From positions 1-64,000 of IMG/VR virus record IMGVR_UViG_3300032753_000003: 64,000 bases of DNA, one strand, 5' to 3'. This DNA comes from a virus. How positions within the stretch are numbered: the first letter of the stretch is position 1; every line of letters starts with the position of its first letter. Of this stretch, positions 19,358-29,783 are shown piece after piece. A program made the position numbers and the translations under genes. Below the pieces are notes generated by a model. It did not search any database. It had not been told where the DNA came from and was given only the letters and a program-made list of their open reading frames with translations.

Positions 19358-22240
19358 TTATTTCTTCATCACAGCCATGTTATCGACCAAGTTGGGATAT
19401 GGTCTACCAGCAGCTTTGGCTCTGCGCTTGGCTTCTGCTTTCTGTGCAGGTGTCATGGTCTTGTGCTTTTTCTTGGGATTGGGTTTGTCCCAAACTTCAG
19501 CTTCTTCTACAGTCTTTAAGCCCATGTTCTTCTCTGCAATGTCCATGAGATGTTTGATCCATACGCGACCAAGCTTCTTTTCATCAAATCCCTTGCACCA
19601 TAGATTCAGTTTCTGTTCTTCAGTTGCATTTGGATCTTTGAGTATGTTCCTCAATTGAGTGAAGCTCATACCAGTTCCACCTTCTTCGGTACTGCGACCA
19701 GTTCTAACAGTCTCAAAGTCAACTTGATCCTGAGTGCCGCCAAATTTAGCTAGTGCTACTGGATCCTTCATGCGCTTCTCTAGAGTGTCCATCCACTTCT
19801 TGAAGCCTTCATAACGATCATCACCAACCATTAGTATAACCTTCTTGTATGGACTATCAGCAGGCAATACCAATTCTTTTTCAATCTTCTTGACTGGGGA
19901 CGGACTTGTGATGCCATCTGGAGATACTATTAGGTGGAATATATTGGCATGGGATGGATACAGTTTCTGCCAAGTCTCTAGTTTGGTCATTGGAGGTATT
20001 GGATCATCTGGACCAACTTTTGAACTGATGTACACATAGGGATCGCCGCCTAGTTCTGCTGCTTTCTTGAGAACCAAATTAACCAACTGTTCGTGACCCT
20101 TGTGCCCAACAAAGCTGCCTGCTGTGACCACTGCAGTCCTAGTTCTGTTATGTGCGGTCGATGTTGTGGCTTTCTTAGCAGCCATTTTGGCTTTCATCTC
20201 TGAACTGGTTACTTTAGCCAGCTGACCATTAGGCAAATTGATCACCAGACCTTCTATATTGCTACCCAGTTGATCTTTGCCTTTGATGTTGGGACTGTTT
20301 ATGATAACGTCACTTAGTGCTTTGCGAGCCTTGTTGAGTATTTCTTTAGCAGCGGCTTTGTTTGGATCATCTTTCTTTTTGGATGACAGCGCAGCTTTTA
20401 GATTTGACTGATTTTTTACAATTGGATCAACTATCTTGCTGACATCTACTCCACGTTGTGTGAGATGATTATCAACAAATTTGACCTCTGGACTACTGTA
20501 TGACATCAGTTTCTTTTTGACGGCCTGTGCATCGGGTAGTGCATCACCGGTGCTGTATTGTCTAAAACTGAATGGTACCAAAGTCATTTTGGTTCCCAGT
20601 TTCTTGGGATCATAGTCTATATTAACAAACTTATAACCGTCGTCGCTCTTCTGTGCCATTTCATTGAACAGTAACTCTGCTTGTACTATGCAGTCAGATG
20701 GTAGTGATTTTATGAAGTTGCTATTCGCAATTGCTGCTAGAGCATGATCATAAGCTTCTGTACGTTTAAGCTGCTCGCCTGTTTGTCCGTGTTCTTCGCC
20801 ATAGCGACGGAACATGCCAATGTCACTGGCATACATTGGTTTAGTAACTTTAGAAGTCATCATAAAAGGGCGACCGCTAGCATCCTTACCAAAGCGTATA
20901 CCAGCACCATCTACCTTTAGATTGACTTGTATACCGTCCAGTGTTCCGCCATTTTTAGCTATCTCATCACACATGGTAATAAAATCTAGATCCTTCATTT
21001 CAGTACTTGATCCAGGATTATATATGTGCTTGATACCCTGTCGCTTGTAATCAGGGGTGTCCGCTTCTGACAGAGATTCTGTCATCTTGTAGCTTGCTTT
21101 GTAGGTATCTATCTGTTGATCTAAATCAGCTGGTGCAGATACACCCAGCACATCTATCATCTTCTTTAGTGCAACTGACTTTTCTGCAATATCTCGTTCG
21201 GGATCGTTCTTATAGAGTCCCTGTGCGCCTGGACCAAACAGCTTCTTGATGAAGTTTTCAACCACAATGTTCTTTTCGCTGTCGTCTAACAATTCATTCA
21301 TGACATCTAGAAGACCAGTAAAACTCCAGAACTTCTTGCTCATTCGTTTGAAATTTTCAGGGGTTAATTTCTTGCCAAATAAGTTGGCAAATATGCTGGA
21401 CAGTGACTGGTCGTAGCCTTCTGTTGGTCTAGCTTTCAATACCTGCAAGCCATCTTTAATCAAAGGTTTACCTGCATCGTCTAGTACTGGTTCAAACTTC
21501 TGCCTTAGGCCGCCGCCTTCTTTGCTGCTGACAGCAAACGATACCATATTGTCTGTAGTGGACACATCTTGTTCAACTCGTGATTTGCCTCTACCAACCA
21601 TTTTTCTCAGAAGGAAGTCAGTTTTGGTTAAACTTGCAAAGCTTTGTATGATGTACTTGTGGAACACGCCCTTGATGCCAGACTGTATATCTTCCCAAGC
21701 GCTGCTGTGACTAAATGCAGACCAATCGGTAGGTTCGCCACCTTCATAATGCACAAACTCTAAATCTATTTGAATCTTAAGAGGTGGTTCAGACAATTCC
21801 CACAGACTACTGAATTGTTCGTTGCCTCTTTCATAGCCTAAGAACACTGCTGGACCTATCTTGCGACCTTTTATGCCCTGCAAGAATGTATCAAGATCAG
21901 CTGCTTTGTCTCTATCTACCTGTGTATCTATATCGCCTACTTTGGGTTTAACTTTGGCAAATTCTTCGTCGGGTATGTTGGTGTCAAAGAAGTGCAGAGA
22001 TGATCCGCTGAGGAACTTACCACTTTGTAACAATTCTGGTGACCACAATGGCACTTTATATTGTTTCTGATATGCTGTGTTTATAGCTGTCATCAGCTTC
22101 TTCAATATGGGAACTATATAAGATCTATCATGAACTCGCAGGTCAATATGCTGAGCACGATGTCCACCCGGTAATTCTAAGTTGCCGCCTTCCTTCAACA
22201 ATATTTTCACAGCGGGGGCAAATAATTCCTGTAATAACAT
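19358..22240 (-). CDS. tri-domain protein: Pol-beta nucleotidyltransferase + KxDG ligase-type domain + HIGH-type nucleotidyltransferase
   Basis: GS..GDID..IQID; NLKVDG..QAE..EGLVI; GSFVGHKGH..MVGDDR. Confidence 0.75.
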   Translation of the reverse strand: MLLQELFAPAVKILLKEGGNLELPGGHRAQHIDLRVHDRSYIVPILKKLMTAINTAYQKQYKVPLWSPELLQSGKFLSGSSLHFFDTNIPDEEFAKVKPKVGDIDTQVDRDKAADLDTFLQGIKGRKIGPAVFLGYERGNEQFSSLWELSEPPLKIQIDLEFVHYEGGEPTDWSAFSHSSAWEDIQSGIKGVFHKYIIQSFASLTKTDFLLRKMVGRGKSRVEQDVSTTDNMVSFAVSSKEGGGLRQKFEPVLDDAGKPLIKDGLQVLKARPTEGYDQSLSSIFANLFGKKLTPENFKRMSKKFWSFTGLLDVMNELLDDSEKNIVVENFIKKLFGPGAQGLYKNDPERDIAEKSVALKKMIDVLGVSAPADLDQQIDTYKASYKMTESLSEADTPDYKRQGIKHIYNPGSSTEMKDLDFITMCDEIAKNGGTLDGIQVNLKVDGAGIRFGKDASGRPFMMTSKVTKPMYASDIGMFRRYGEEHGQTGEQLKRTEAYDHALAAIANSNFIKSLPSDCIVQAELLFNEMAQKSDDGYKFVNIDYDPKKLGTKMTLVPFSFRQYSTGDALPDAQAVKKKLMSYSSPEVKFVDNHLTQRGVDVSKIVDPIVKNQSNLKAALSSKKKDDPNKAAAKEILNKARKALSDVIINSPNIKGKDQLGSNIEGLVINLPNGQLAKVTSSEMKAKMAAKKATTSTAHNRTRTAVVTAGSFVGHKGHEQLVNLVLKKAAELGGDPYVYISSKVGPDDPIPPMTKLETWQKLYPSHANIFHLIVSPDGITSPSPVKKIEKELVLPADSPYKKVILMVGDDRYEGFKKWMDTLEKRMKDPVALAKFGGTQDQVDFETVRTGRSTEEGGTGMSFTQLRNILKDPNATEEQKLNLWCKGFDEKKLGRVWIKHLMDIAEKNMGLKTVEEAEVWDKPNPKKKHKTMTPAQKAEAKRRAKAAGRPYPNLVDNMAVMKK

Positions 22241-22254
22241 CCTTGTTTCCTTGA

Positions 22255-22674
22255 TTATTTGTCTATTGCTTCCAGCAACGCCTTCATGATGTCCATATGA
22301 CTCTCACTCATGTGGAATTTCATCACAGGACTCACAGTATTAACACCAGGCTGTTCTCGGCTTGCAGCAAAGGCTATTTCTTTTACTTCTTTACCCATGC
22401 GTTTTGCAACAGCTTTGATCATCTCGGCTTCTTGTGGGCTATATGCTGTTGCTATGGGAACGTCTCTTAGATTACGTTCGTGGTAGAATGATGGATCTAT
22501 TTCTGGGTGAGCTGCCATTGCTACCACAAACTTGTAGAACTCATAGTAGCCGTCCATGTCTGGGAATATGAAGGTATGAGGCAACGTGTGCCTTACACCT
22601 ATTGGAAGATCAGTTTCAGCATACTCATATGCTCTATCTGGATCTTTAGTTTCGTATAATTCTCTAAGTCTCAT
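22255..22674 (-). CDS. hypothetical protein with MRLREL leader
   Basis: ORF with SD and CATAAATA promoter. Confidence 0.65.
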   Translation of the reverse strand: MRLRELYETKDPDRAYEYAETDLPIGVRHTLPHTFIFPDMDGYYEFYKFVVAMAAHPEIDPSFYHERNLRDVPIATAYSPQEAEMIKAVAKRMGKEVKEIAFAASREQPGVNTVSPVMKFHMSESHMDIMKALLEAIDK

Positions 22675-22709
22675 GGTACCTACCCGTTGTTGTATTTATG
22701 GCGTAGGTA

Positions 22710-25307
22710 TCACTTGCCTTTTAGTATCTTGCTAACTGGTTTGCTTGACCATAGTCTACATGACCAGTATGCAGCTTTGGTCCTGTCGCTTGCTCGAGAT
22801 GTTCCGCAACCATGACGTGCTCTGAAGCTCCTGCGTCTTGCAGGGTCATCTCGTTTGATCTCCATGTTCTTGTCGCCAAAGTTAACTTTCTTGATGTTGC
22901 CAGTCTTTGGATCTTTGAGAAAGACCTTAAACTTTTTCACATCGCCTCTCATAGGTTTGCCTAACTTGACTTCTCGGCCGTGATATTCTGCTTCTTCAAG
23001 TGGATATGTATTGCCTTCTAGCACAATAGTATCACCTTTGATCTCAGCTATCACACCAGCTATGGCAGATCTCTTGCCTTCGATCATCAGGAAGTCACCT
23101 GCTTGCATGCTTTCATTAGTGTTGTGATCTCGCAACACTTGGCATTCAACACCTATGTGATCCCATTCACGTTGAGCCCACTTTATAGCTTTGCTCAAAG
23201 CTTCACGTTCGTCATTGGCATAAAATACCTGAACGGTTTTGCTACCATCTTCTCCAACAATTCTAACTTTAAATTGCTTTCCAACATTTTCGTTGATATC
23301 AGATGGCCAATCTGCTCTGTCACCTATGATGCTGCTGTTTAGATGCAATGCATCAGGTGTGGTCAGTGCTCGAGCACGCTTTACTATTTCTAGATATTCT
23401 TTCTTGATGTTTCTATATGCTTGTTTAGCTTCATCATTAAAACTGTGGCCTACGTGTATTTTAAGAGGGAAGTAATCAGCATAAGCTGGACTAAACAGGT
23501 GTGCAGGATCCCAACCTTGGCTTTGGTGATACTTGATAGTGTCGTGCATCCACTGTTCTAGATCATCACCGTGACTTGGCCAACGTTTGGGTTTAACAAC
23601 TTGTTCCACAGGCGCTTTCTTTTTGAATGGCCACATTTCATTCAGCTTATTTGCTTCAATACTACGAACAATAACATCAAACTCTGGCCAATCGGCACCC
23701 ATATTCTTTAGTATCTTTATGACTTCTAGAATAGATTTTGTATTTCTTCCTGCTTTGTAAGCTGTGAGCAGCGCTTTTACGACTTCGTGTTTTTTTGTTA
23801 GAACTGTCTTTTTCACATTGTCGTCGTGACGCATTGAGCCTATTATAGCAAATGCCAAATTGTAATCATTTTTATCCAGTGCAGGTCCCAAATTGAAGGC
23901 AAATGGTTTGCCAGTATATGGATTGCTTCTTATTCCCATCTGCAACATCATTTCTGGCTGATCAGCAGCATAGTCGTCATACATATTGGCCATGTAACTG
24001 TTGAAGTCTTTTACACCAAGATGCTTTTTGGCAGCAGCAGCTAACCATTTGCTGATATCATAGGTATCTATACCCATTCTACGTAGTTTTGGACTCAATA
24101 TATCCCAGGGATCACCATCTGGGAATGCTTGCCCTGCTGCGTCTTGTATTGCATTAGCTATTGCAATCAGCATCTGTTCTTTAGATTCTCTCTTAGCAGC
24201 GGCGCTAGCACTGGGACCGCGGCTGCGATCCATAACCACTTGGCCTTTGAGTTTGGCCAATACATCCTTGACAAATTCTTTCCATGTGTTAGATTTGGGA
24301 TTGTTCTTGAATTGTAATTCGACAGGATTGATTTTGTATGCTGCAGACTCTATAGCCTGTGAGATTTCGTCTTTTTTCAGAGGCTCTCTCTGTGATTGAG
24401 CTATAACTGCATCGGCTACTGCTTGTACTCTATCATCGTATGCTTCGTTTATCTGTGCTGTGGGAGGTGTGTAATTAGACTTTGGATTTGGAAGATCAAC
24501 AACGTGCATTATTTTGCCAGGTCTCACATTATAAAAGATTTTAAAAAACACGTTATCAGCAACCGGAGCCGCAACACGCCTGACAGACTTGCTGCCCTTT
24601 TTCACACGCATTTGGTCAATGTCTGCGAGAACTTTGTCGTGATGGTCATTGACCCAGTCCATAGCATCTCTGCTGTTGTATACACCATCCATGCCCTTGT
24701 AAACTTTATACGGTACGGTTCTGTAGTCATAATGCTTGCCGTCGTACACATTGGCAGGTATTTCAACTAAAAATACTTCAAACTCTTGATAGTTGTTTGA
24801 GTTTTCTGCTAGAGGGTCAGTTGTGGATTTCTTGCTATTGACTGGATCATTTTCCATCATGGGATGGCTTCGTGCATTTGGCCCCGCCATTGGTTGGCCT
24901 GGTAATCCCTGTGGATCTAAATCATTGCCTTCTGCTCCTGTTGCAGGTTCAACTGCTACAGTTTCTGGTTGCAGTTTGCCTGCCTTTAGTTGATCAACTG
25001 TGTATCTAAACATAGGTACAATGTTCATCCCACGCTCATATGGGCTATGTATATTTCCAGTCTTTGGATCTACCACACTGTGTATGCGTATGTATTGCTG
25101 TTGGACTATCTTGCGACCAAAGTGGTCAAATGTGTGTTGCCCAACATGTTTGTAAACAGCATATGTGGATTTTCTAGCATCGCTATCACCATCATTTTCT
25201 GCACCTAGCACATACCCTTCATATTCTGAATTTGGTACTAGATCAAAGTCGCGACCTGCCACAAATCGTGTTGGTCTTCTATCTTCTAAAAGTTCAAAAA
25301 TATTCAT
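22710..25307 (-). CDS. large modular protein (MNIFEL leader, one DWPEF module, C-terminal EAEY..KVNFG..SFRARH.C..YWSC module)
   Basis: Modules bounded by [LIV]xE sites. Confidence 0.7.
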   Translation of the reverse strand: MNIFELLEDRRPTRFVAGRDFDLVPNSEYEGYVLGAENDGDSDARKSTYAVYKHVGQHTFDHFGRKIVQQQYIRIHSVVDPKTGNIHSPYERGMNIVPMFRYTVDQLKAGKLQPETVAVEPATGAEGNDLDPQGLPGQPMAGPNARSHPMMENDPVNSKKSTTDPLAENSNNYQEFEVFLVEIPANVYDGKHYDYRTVPYKVYKGMDGVYNSRDAMDWVNDHHDKVLADIDQMRVKKGSKSVRRVAAPVADNVFFKIFYNVRPGKIMHVVDLPNPKSNYTPPTAQINEAYDDRVQAVADAVIAQSQREPLKKDEISQAIESAAYKINPVELQFKNNPKSNTWKEFVKDVLAKLKGQVVMDRSRGPSASAAAKRESKEQMLIAIANAIQDAAGQAFPDGDPWDILSPKLRRMGIDTYDISKWLAAAAKKHLGVKDFNSYMANMYDDYAADQPEMMLQMGIRSNPYTGKPFAFNLGPALDKNDYNLAFAIIGSMRHDDNVKKTVLTKKHEVVKALLTAYKAGRNTKSILEVIKILKNMGADWPEFDVIVRSIEANKLNEMWPFKKKAPVEQVVKPKRWPSHGDDLEQWMHDTIKYHQSQGWDPAHLFSPAYADYFPLKIHVGHSFNDEAKQAYRNIKKEYLEIVKRARALTTPDALHLNSSIIGDRADWPSDINENVGKQFKVRIVGEDGSKTVQVFYANDEREALSKAIKWAQREWDHIGVECQVLRDHNTNESMQAGDFLMIEGKRSAIAGVIAEIKGDTIVLEGNTYPLEEAEYHGREVKLGKPMRGDVKKFKVFLKDPKTGNIKKVNFGDKNMEIKRDDPARRRSFRARHGCGTSRASDRTKAAYWSCRLWSSKPVSKILKGK

Positions 25308-25331
25308 GGCAGATCTCTTGTTGTTTATATG

Positions 25332-25487
25332 TTAATGTCCTATAAAATATTTCCAAATCAGCAGGGCTATTCCTACTAGCACTGCTAGTCCAAATGCTGT
25401 CTCAACTAGATTGAGCAGTTTGCCTAGCGCAAATCCGCCAATCAATATAAGAACAACTATCACCCAGGTATTCATATCAGTTAACAT
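25332..25487 (-). CDS. small two-TM membrane protein (51 aa, missed by track)
   Basis: MLTDMNTWVIVVLILIGGFALGKLLNLVETAFGLAVLVGIALLIWKYFIGH; GGGGGTG SD; CAATAAATA promoter. Confidence 0.65.
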   Translation of the reverse strand: MLTDMNTWVIVVLILIGGFALGKLLNLVETAFGLAVLVGIALLIWKYFIGH

Positions 25488-25516
25488 ATCATCACCCCCT
25501 TCTGGAGTTTAGGTAT

Positions 25517-26002
25517 TTATTGCCTAGAAGTTACGTGATAATCTTTAGCCCACTGGTCTGGTGTCTTGTTGAATCTCTCGATAAACAAATCATGTAGAGA
25601 TTTGGGTTCGCACTTGTATTCTCCGCAGATATCATGCATGATACCGTCTATCTTGCTATATGATAGATCTGGATTTGATCCTACTGCCAACGCCCTCAAT
25701 CTCTTGCGTAGTTCCAATGCAGCAGCGTTTACTTGTTTGCTGGGACTGCTCAACAGTTCATTGAGTTTGCGTCCAAACAGTTGACCATACTGATCCTCTA
25801 GCTGGCCCAATGCAGACACAATTTCAGCCGATGCTAGCAATTGCTTGTTGATAGTTCTCAATGCATTGATATGATCTTCTACCATACTCTTGATTACCTG
25901 TACGTTAACAGGCTCTCTTTGCGGTCCAGGATCTATACTGGGTGTAGCCGATCGAGTTATGAGTATGTCTGCTTCGCCAATTTTAATGTCATTTATTCTC
26001 AT
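25517..26002 (-). CDS. hypothetical protein with MRINDI leader
   Basis: Start reassigned to 26002. Confidence 0.6.
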   Translation of the reverse strand: MRINDIKIGEADILITRSATPSIDPGPQREPVNVQVIKSMVEDHINALRTINKQLLASAEIVSALGQLEDQYGQLFGRKLNELLSSPSKQVNAAALELRKRLRALAVGSNPDLSYSKIDGIMHDICGEYKCEPKSLHDLFIERFNKTPDQWAKDYHVTSRQ

Positions 26003-26013
26003 GTCATACTCTC

Positions 26014-26949
26014 TCAATAATCCGATAATTTAAATTTCAAAACTTTTTCCAATACATCATGGTAAGTGTTGTAATCAAATGCGTAGTAACTACCATTTAT
26101 CAAAATTTCAACACCATCCTTTAGACCTTTGCGAAGGTTCTTGTCAGTTGGTGCATATCGTTTCTTAAATTCTGCTAGATCAACTAAATCTTCTGCTTTT
26201 AACTTGCTTAGTACTGGATCTTTTGAGAAGTCTTTTTTGATATCTCTAATTGAAGATTCTAAATAGTCACTTGCTAGGTCATAATCGTCTGGGTCTCTGC
26301 CAGCCTTTTTAATCAGTTTGTTGATTACGTTGATTTTCTTTTCACTAACCAATTCGCTGGGATAATCAATCTGTACGTCTCCCTCAGAAGTGTAGCTAAA
26401 AATAAATCCGTTAGCAGGTATTATCACATACAAATCACCATAACTTTCTGCTTGTGATATTTTACTGCTTGTAAATATACTGTTGCTCCTGAGAGCTTTT
26501 ATTCCCAACTTTGTTAATGCAAAATCAAACATTATCTGCGATGTTGGATCAGAATCTTTAGTCATACGATTTAGTCTGCTTCTGCCCACAAATGCCTTGT
26601 GAGGTGCAACCTCGGTACCTCTGTATAGCACTCGTTTAACAGCTCTAAATTCTTTGAGAGCTTGACTGCAATTGGTTTCTACATTTTGGTTCCAGAAGCC
26701 GATAAATTTTTTATGAGAGGTTGTTTGATCTGCCGCTAGCTGTTTTTTTAGCTTTTCTATCTTGGCATTTACTGCGTTTACTAACGCAAATACCTCTGAT
26801 TTAAACTCTGGTGCCAGAACAGCTACAGATCCTATGGTATATTTCAAATGATCTATTTTTTCTTTGAGTTCACCTAGGCGGTGTAATTCAAGTTTAATTG
26901 CTTTTTTCTTGCCTGGAGCTAACTTTGGTACGTCTTCGTATAATCTCAT
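26014..26949 (-). CDS. putative ADP-ribosyltransferase-like protein with MRLYED leader
   Basis: LYRG, NSIFTS, YGDLYVIIP strands resemble the ART core. Confidence 0.4.
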   Translation of the reverse strand: MRLYEDVPKLAPGKKKAIKLELHRLGELKEKIDHLKYTIGSVAVLAPEFKSEVFALVNAVNAKIEKLKKQLAADQTTSHKKFIGFWNQNVETNCSQALKEFRAVKRVLYRGTEVAPHKAFVGRSRLNRMTKDSDPTSQIMFDFALTKLGIKALRSNSIFTSSKISQAESYGDLYVIIPANGFIFSYTSEGDVQIDYPSELVSEKKINVINKLIKKAGRDPDDYDLASDYLESSIRDIKKDFSKDPVLSKLKAEDLVDLAEFKKRYAPTDKNLRKGLKDGVEILINGSYYAFDYNTYHDVLEKVLKFKLSDY

Positions 26950-26999
26950 CGCTGTCCCTAATATATGCGTTGAGATATTTAGCGTTTATATGATAACAA

Positions 27000-28016
27000 T
27001 CAAAGATTGGTATAATATCTATATAAGGCAGTTGACGCTAGATTCTTGTGCTTGGCTTCAACTTGAATATCAAACTGAGGCAAGAAGCTCAATGCATAGT
27101 CGTTAACTGCGGTGTTCCACATCATGTCGCTATGTGCTCGCAGCTTCTGAATCTTGTGACCCTGACTCTTGAGTAGTTCGCGATTGGGCAACGTGTCAGT
27201 TGGATGCCCAATTAGTAGATCCTCGCGGCTAACACTGTAATGCAAAGTGGGCCTAGTTCCCCGCCAGCTGTTCACAATGCGCTGCACTCTGTCATCTTGT
27301 GTGTCTAGATAGCTAGCAGAATGCACCCAATGATGATGCAAATCCAATACCAATGCCACATGATTTTCCAAAGCTAAGATATTGTCAATGCCAGCAGTCA
27401 TCTCATCATTCTCGATAGTGATGAGATTGCGAGCTTCTGTAGACATACGACCAAGTGCATGGATTATGCCATCGGCACCACGACGTCCAGATAGATGCAC
27501 ATTGATCTTGAACCCATGGTCATGCCAAGTGGTACCATACCCCATCCACCTAGCCATGTCTACATGATATTCAAATTCGTCAATGCTTCTAGTTACAATA
27601 TCATCGCTAGCCGAAACCAATACGCAATATTGACCCGGGTGGAAGCTGAGCCTAACATCCAGCTTGCGTGCAAGTTCGCCTACTTTGGCTAATTCACGTT
27701 CTAAGAATGCAATAACATCTGCTCGGCGCCAGAAGTAGCTCCATGTGGGTTCAGTGTAAACTGGCAGCATGTCACTACCCAACCGCATCATGCGTAGACT
27801 GGGTTCCATACTGCCAACTTCGGTAACTACCCTAAATGTAGCGTGGACATTGTGTTCCATAATGTCCCAAAGACGCTGCTCGGCTACATCTTTGGATTGT
27901 CTATTCAGCCAAGCTACTGTAGTACCTCGATAGTTCTTATCAGGTACAGTTTCACCATTGCTGTCTAGATATTTGCAGCAGAAGCCAATGCGTTTGATTG
28001 CGGTATTCGCGGTCAT
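27000..28016 (-). CDS. uvsE: UV-damage endonuclease
   Basis: IGFCCK, RLSFHPGQY, IENDE, LDLHHHW, HYS, AHSD, VEAKHK. Confidence 0.93.
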   Translation of the reverse strand: MTANTAIKRIGFCCKYLDSNGETVPDKNYRGTTVAWLNRQSKDVAEQRLWDIMEHNVHATFRVVTEVGSMEPSLRMMRLGSDMLPVYTEPTWSYFWRRADVIAFLERELAKVGELARKLDVRLSFHPGQYCVLVSASDDIVTRSIDEFEYHVDMARWMGYGTTWHDHGFKINVHLSGRRGADGIIHALGRMSTEARNLITIENDEMTAGIDNILALENHVALVLDLHHHWVHSASYLDTQDDRVQRIVNSWRGTRPTLHYSVSREDLLIGHPTDTLPNRELLKSQGHKIQKLRAHSDMMWNTAVNDYALSFLPQFDIQVEAKHKNLASTALYRYYTNL

Positions 28017-28068
28017 TTAGGTTTTCCTTTGTACAAACACACTAGCACAAATGTACAGGTGTCGTCAA

Positions 28069-28332
28069 TCAAATAAATCTCATGGAGAATGCTGTATAAT
28101 CTTCTTTGTTCTTAAAATAGAATACACCGAGGTATCCGTTATAATACCTGTCTCGACGTTTAGACCATTTGCTCACACAATTTGATTTGCACCAGTTGTA
28201 CATTTCATTAATTTTATTTTCCACATCACTGTCATGGTAATGGTCCAAATATTTTAGAACGCAAACTGGGTGCCACTTTGCTGCTATATTGGGATTGCAA
28301 ACACGTTCCAATCCAAATTTTTGAACTATCAC
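28069..28332 (-). CDS. small F-x-L-x-W family protein
   Basis: WC..N...W...YFKNKEDYTAFSMRF. Confidence 0.7.
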   Translation of the reverse strand: MIVQKFGLERVCNPNIAAKWHPVCVLKYLDHYHDSDVENKINEMYNWCKSNCVSKWSKRRDRYYNGYLGVFYFKNKEDYTAFSMRFI

Positions 28333-28336
28333 GACA

Positions 28337-28597
28337 TTATCCGTGATTCAAATACATAGACAGTGCATGGCGAGTTTTTCCTCGTCTAAAAATAATTGCC
28401 GCACAAAGATTGCTATTTTTGTCAAAACAAGGGTGCCAATACCAATCTATGTGTTGCATACCAACATTGGCTTCTAGCCACGGCTTCTAAAAATTGTTGA
28501 GATTGTCAGATGATGCATCATGCCAATCTAGATGAAGCGTATAACCGCTCATACACTTCCACCAAAGTCGATTGAATCGTTTGATCAACCAATTCAT
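28337..28597 (-). CDS. small family protein interrupted by in-frame TAG (28487-28489)
   Basis: MNWLIKRF...DNLNNF*KPWLEANVGMQHIDWYW...; GGAG SD; PWL..N.G motif shared with paralogs lies after the TAG. Confidence 0.7.
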
Positions 28598-28626
28598 AAT
28601 TTTAACTCCGTGCTAACAGACTATTG

Positions 28627-28842
28627 CTATTTCCATCTCAAACAAAATTCCATCATGCGTTCGGACGTGTCAAATGCCCATCCCTAGCTGGTATTGTCGT
28701 TAAAAGCTTGCCAATGTTTTCTTCCAAAAGTACGGGTGCACCACTCGTCGATTTCATCAACTTCTGCTATCGATATTTTGGTATCATTTGTTGCACGCCA
28801 TTTACATTTTCGATTGTGTTTTCTACGTTGATGACTGTTCAT
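28627..28842 (-). CDS. small family protein interrupted by in-frame TAG (28684-28686)
   Basis: MNSHQRRK...EWCTRTFGRKHWQAFNDNTS*GWAFDTSERMMEFCLRWK; ATGA-coupled to upstream gene; family C-terminal signature lies after the TAG. Confidence 0.75.
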
Positions 28843-29099
28843 GACCACGTCAACTTGAATAGCACAGCTTCGTCCGCAGATTCAAATACGCCTCGTCCAG
28901 GGAACAATCTCCATCCGTGCTGTATGTTAGACCGAATCCAATCATCTATTCCCCTTAGACTTATGTTATTGTCAAACGCAACCACAGTCCACCCTTCACT
29001 TACCAACTGAGCAATTCTTATCTCTGCGACAATCTCTTTGTCAATTTCTTCTCGCAGCATATCTGCTAACTGCTGAGCTAAATCGTTTTCTGTGTTCAT
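28839..29099 (-). CDS. small F-x-L-x-W family protein with N-terminal capsid-like helix
   Basis: DLAQQLADMLREEIDKEIVAEIR; ends AVLFKLTWS. Confidence 0.7.
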   Translation of the reverse strand: MNTENDLAQQLADMLREEIDKEIVAEIRIAQLVSEGWTVVAFDNNISLRGIDDWIRSNIQHGWRLFPGRGVFESADEAVLFKLTWS

Positions 29100-29344
29100 G
29101 ACCAAGTCAACATGAATTCAGTATAATGTTCTGGCTTTTTAAAATAAACTCGTAAGGTCCATTCACGACCAGGTAGATCACTTAAATATGCCCATCCCCA
29201 CTGGTCGAAACCGCCGTAGCGATCATGTGCCCATAGTATAGAATCCCTGCTAATATCATGGGATGCAAACACACAATTGCCTATAAATTTGTAGCCTTTG
29301 TGCATGCGATCAAAAAAATCAGAATCGGATATATTGCCACTCAT
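29096..29344 (-). CDS. small F-x-L-x-W family protein
   Basis: Ends EFMLTWS; ATGA overlap. Confidence 0.7.
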   Translation of the reverse strand: MSGNISDSDFFDRMHKGYKFIGNCVFASHDISRDSILWAHDRYGGFDQWGWAYLSDLPGREWTLRVYFKKPEHYTEFMLTWS

Positions 29345-29562
29345 GCCCATGTCAACCTGAATAATACTGCATCTTGGTCTAACTCAAATCTACCAAACCC
29401 CATACCAATCCAGTACTTGCCCTGGCAGTTTTCATAGCACCAGTCAAACATGATATTTCTAGTTTCATTTCGTAATACTTGCCCGCCATCAACAGGATCT
29501 TTCACCCAGACATAATGACCGGATTCGTCATCATTTAACATAAATCTTTCTAGATCTATCAT
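29341..29562 (-). CDS. small F-x-L-x-W family protein
   Basis: WCYENCQG..DAVLFRLTWA. Confidence 0.7.
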   Translation of the reverse strand: MIDLERFMLNDDESGHYVWVKDPVDGGQVLRNETRNIMFDWCYENCQGKYWIGMGFGRFELDQDAVLFRLTWA

Positions 29563-29783
29563 AACCACTCTAACTTGAATTTAACAACATCACTGCTATA
29601 TTCGCATGCCAATATCAATATGTGCTTGCCAGAACCACGCACGGCACAAGACCCACTGTCAGCAATTATATTCCATCCATAGTCCAAATTGTGCTCACAC
29701 CATTCCAGCAGTTGCTTAATACTAGCATCTACATTTGTGATGTCAAGCTCATTGTATATGTTGATCTTATGATCTCTCGGCAT
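29559..29783 (-). CDS. small F-x-L-x-W family protein
   Basis: WCEHN..DVVKFKLEWL; TAATG overlap. Confidence 0.7.
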   Translation of the reverse strand: MPRDHKINIYNELDITNVDASIKQLLEWCEHNLDYGWNIIADSGSCAVRGSGKHILILACEYSSDVVKFKLEWL

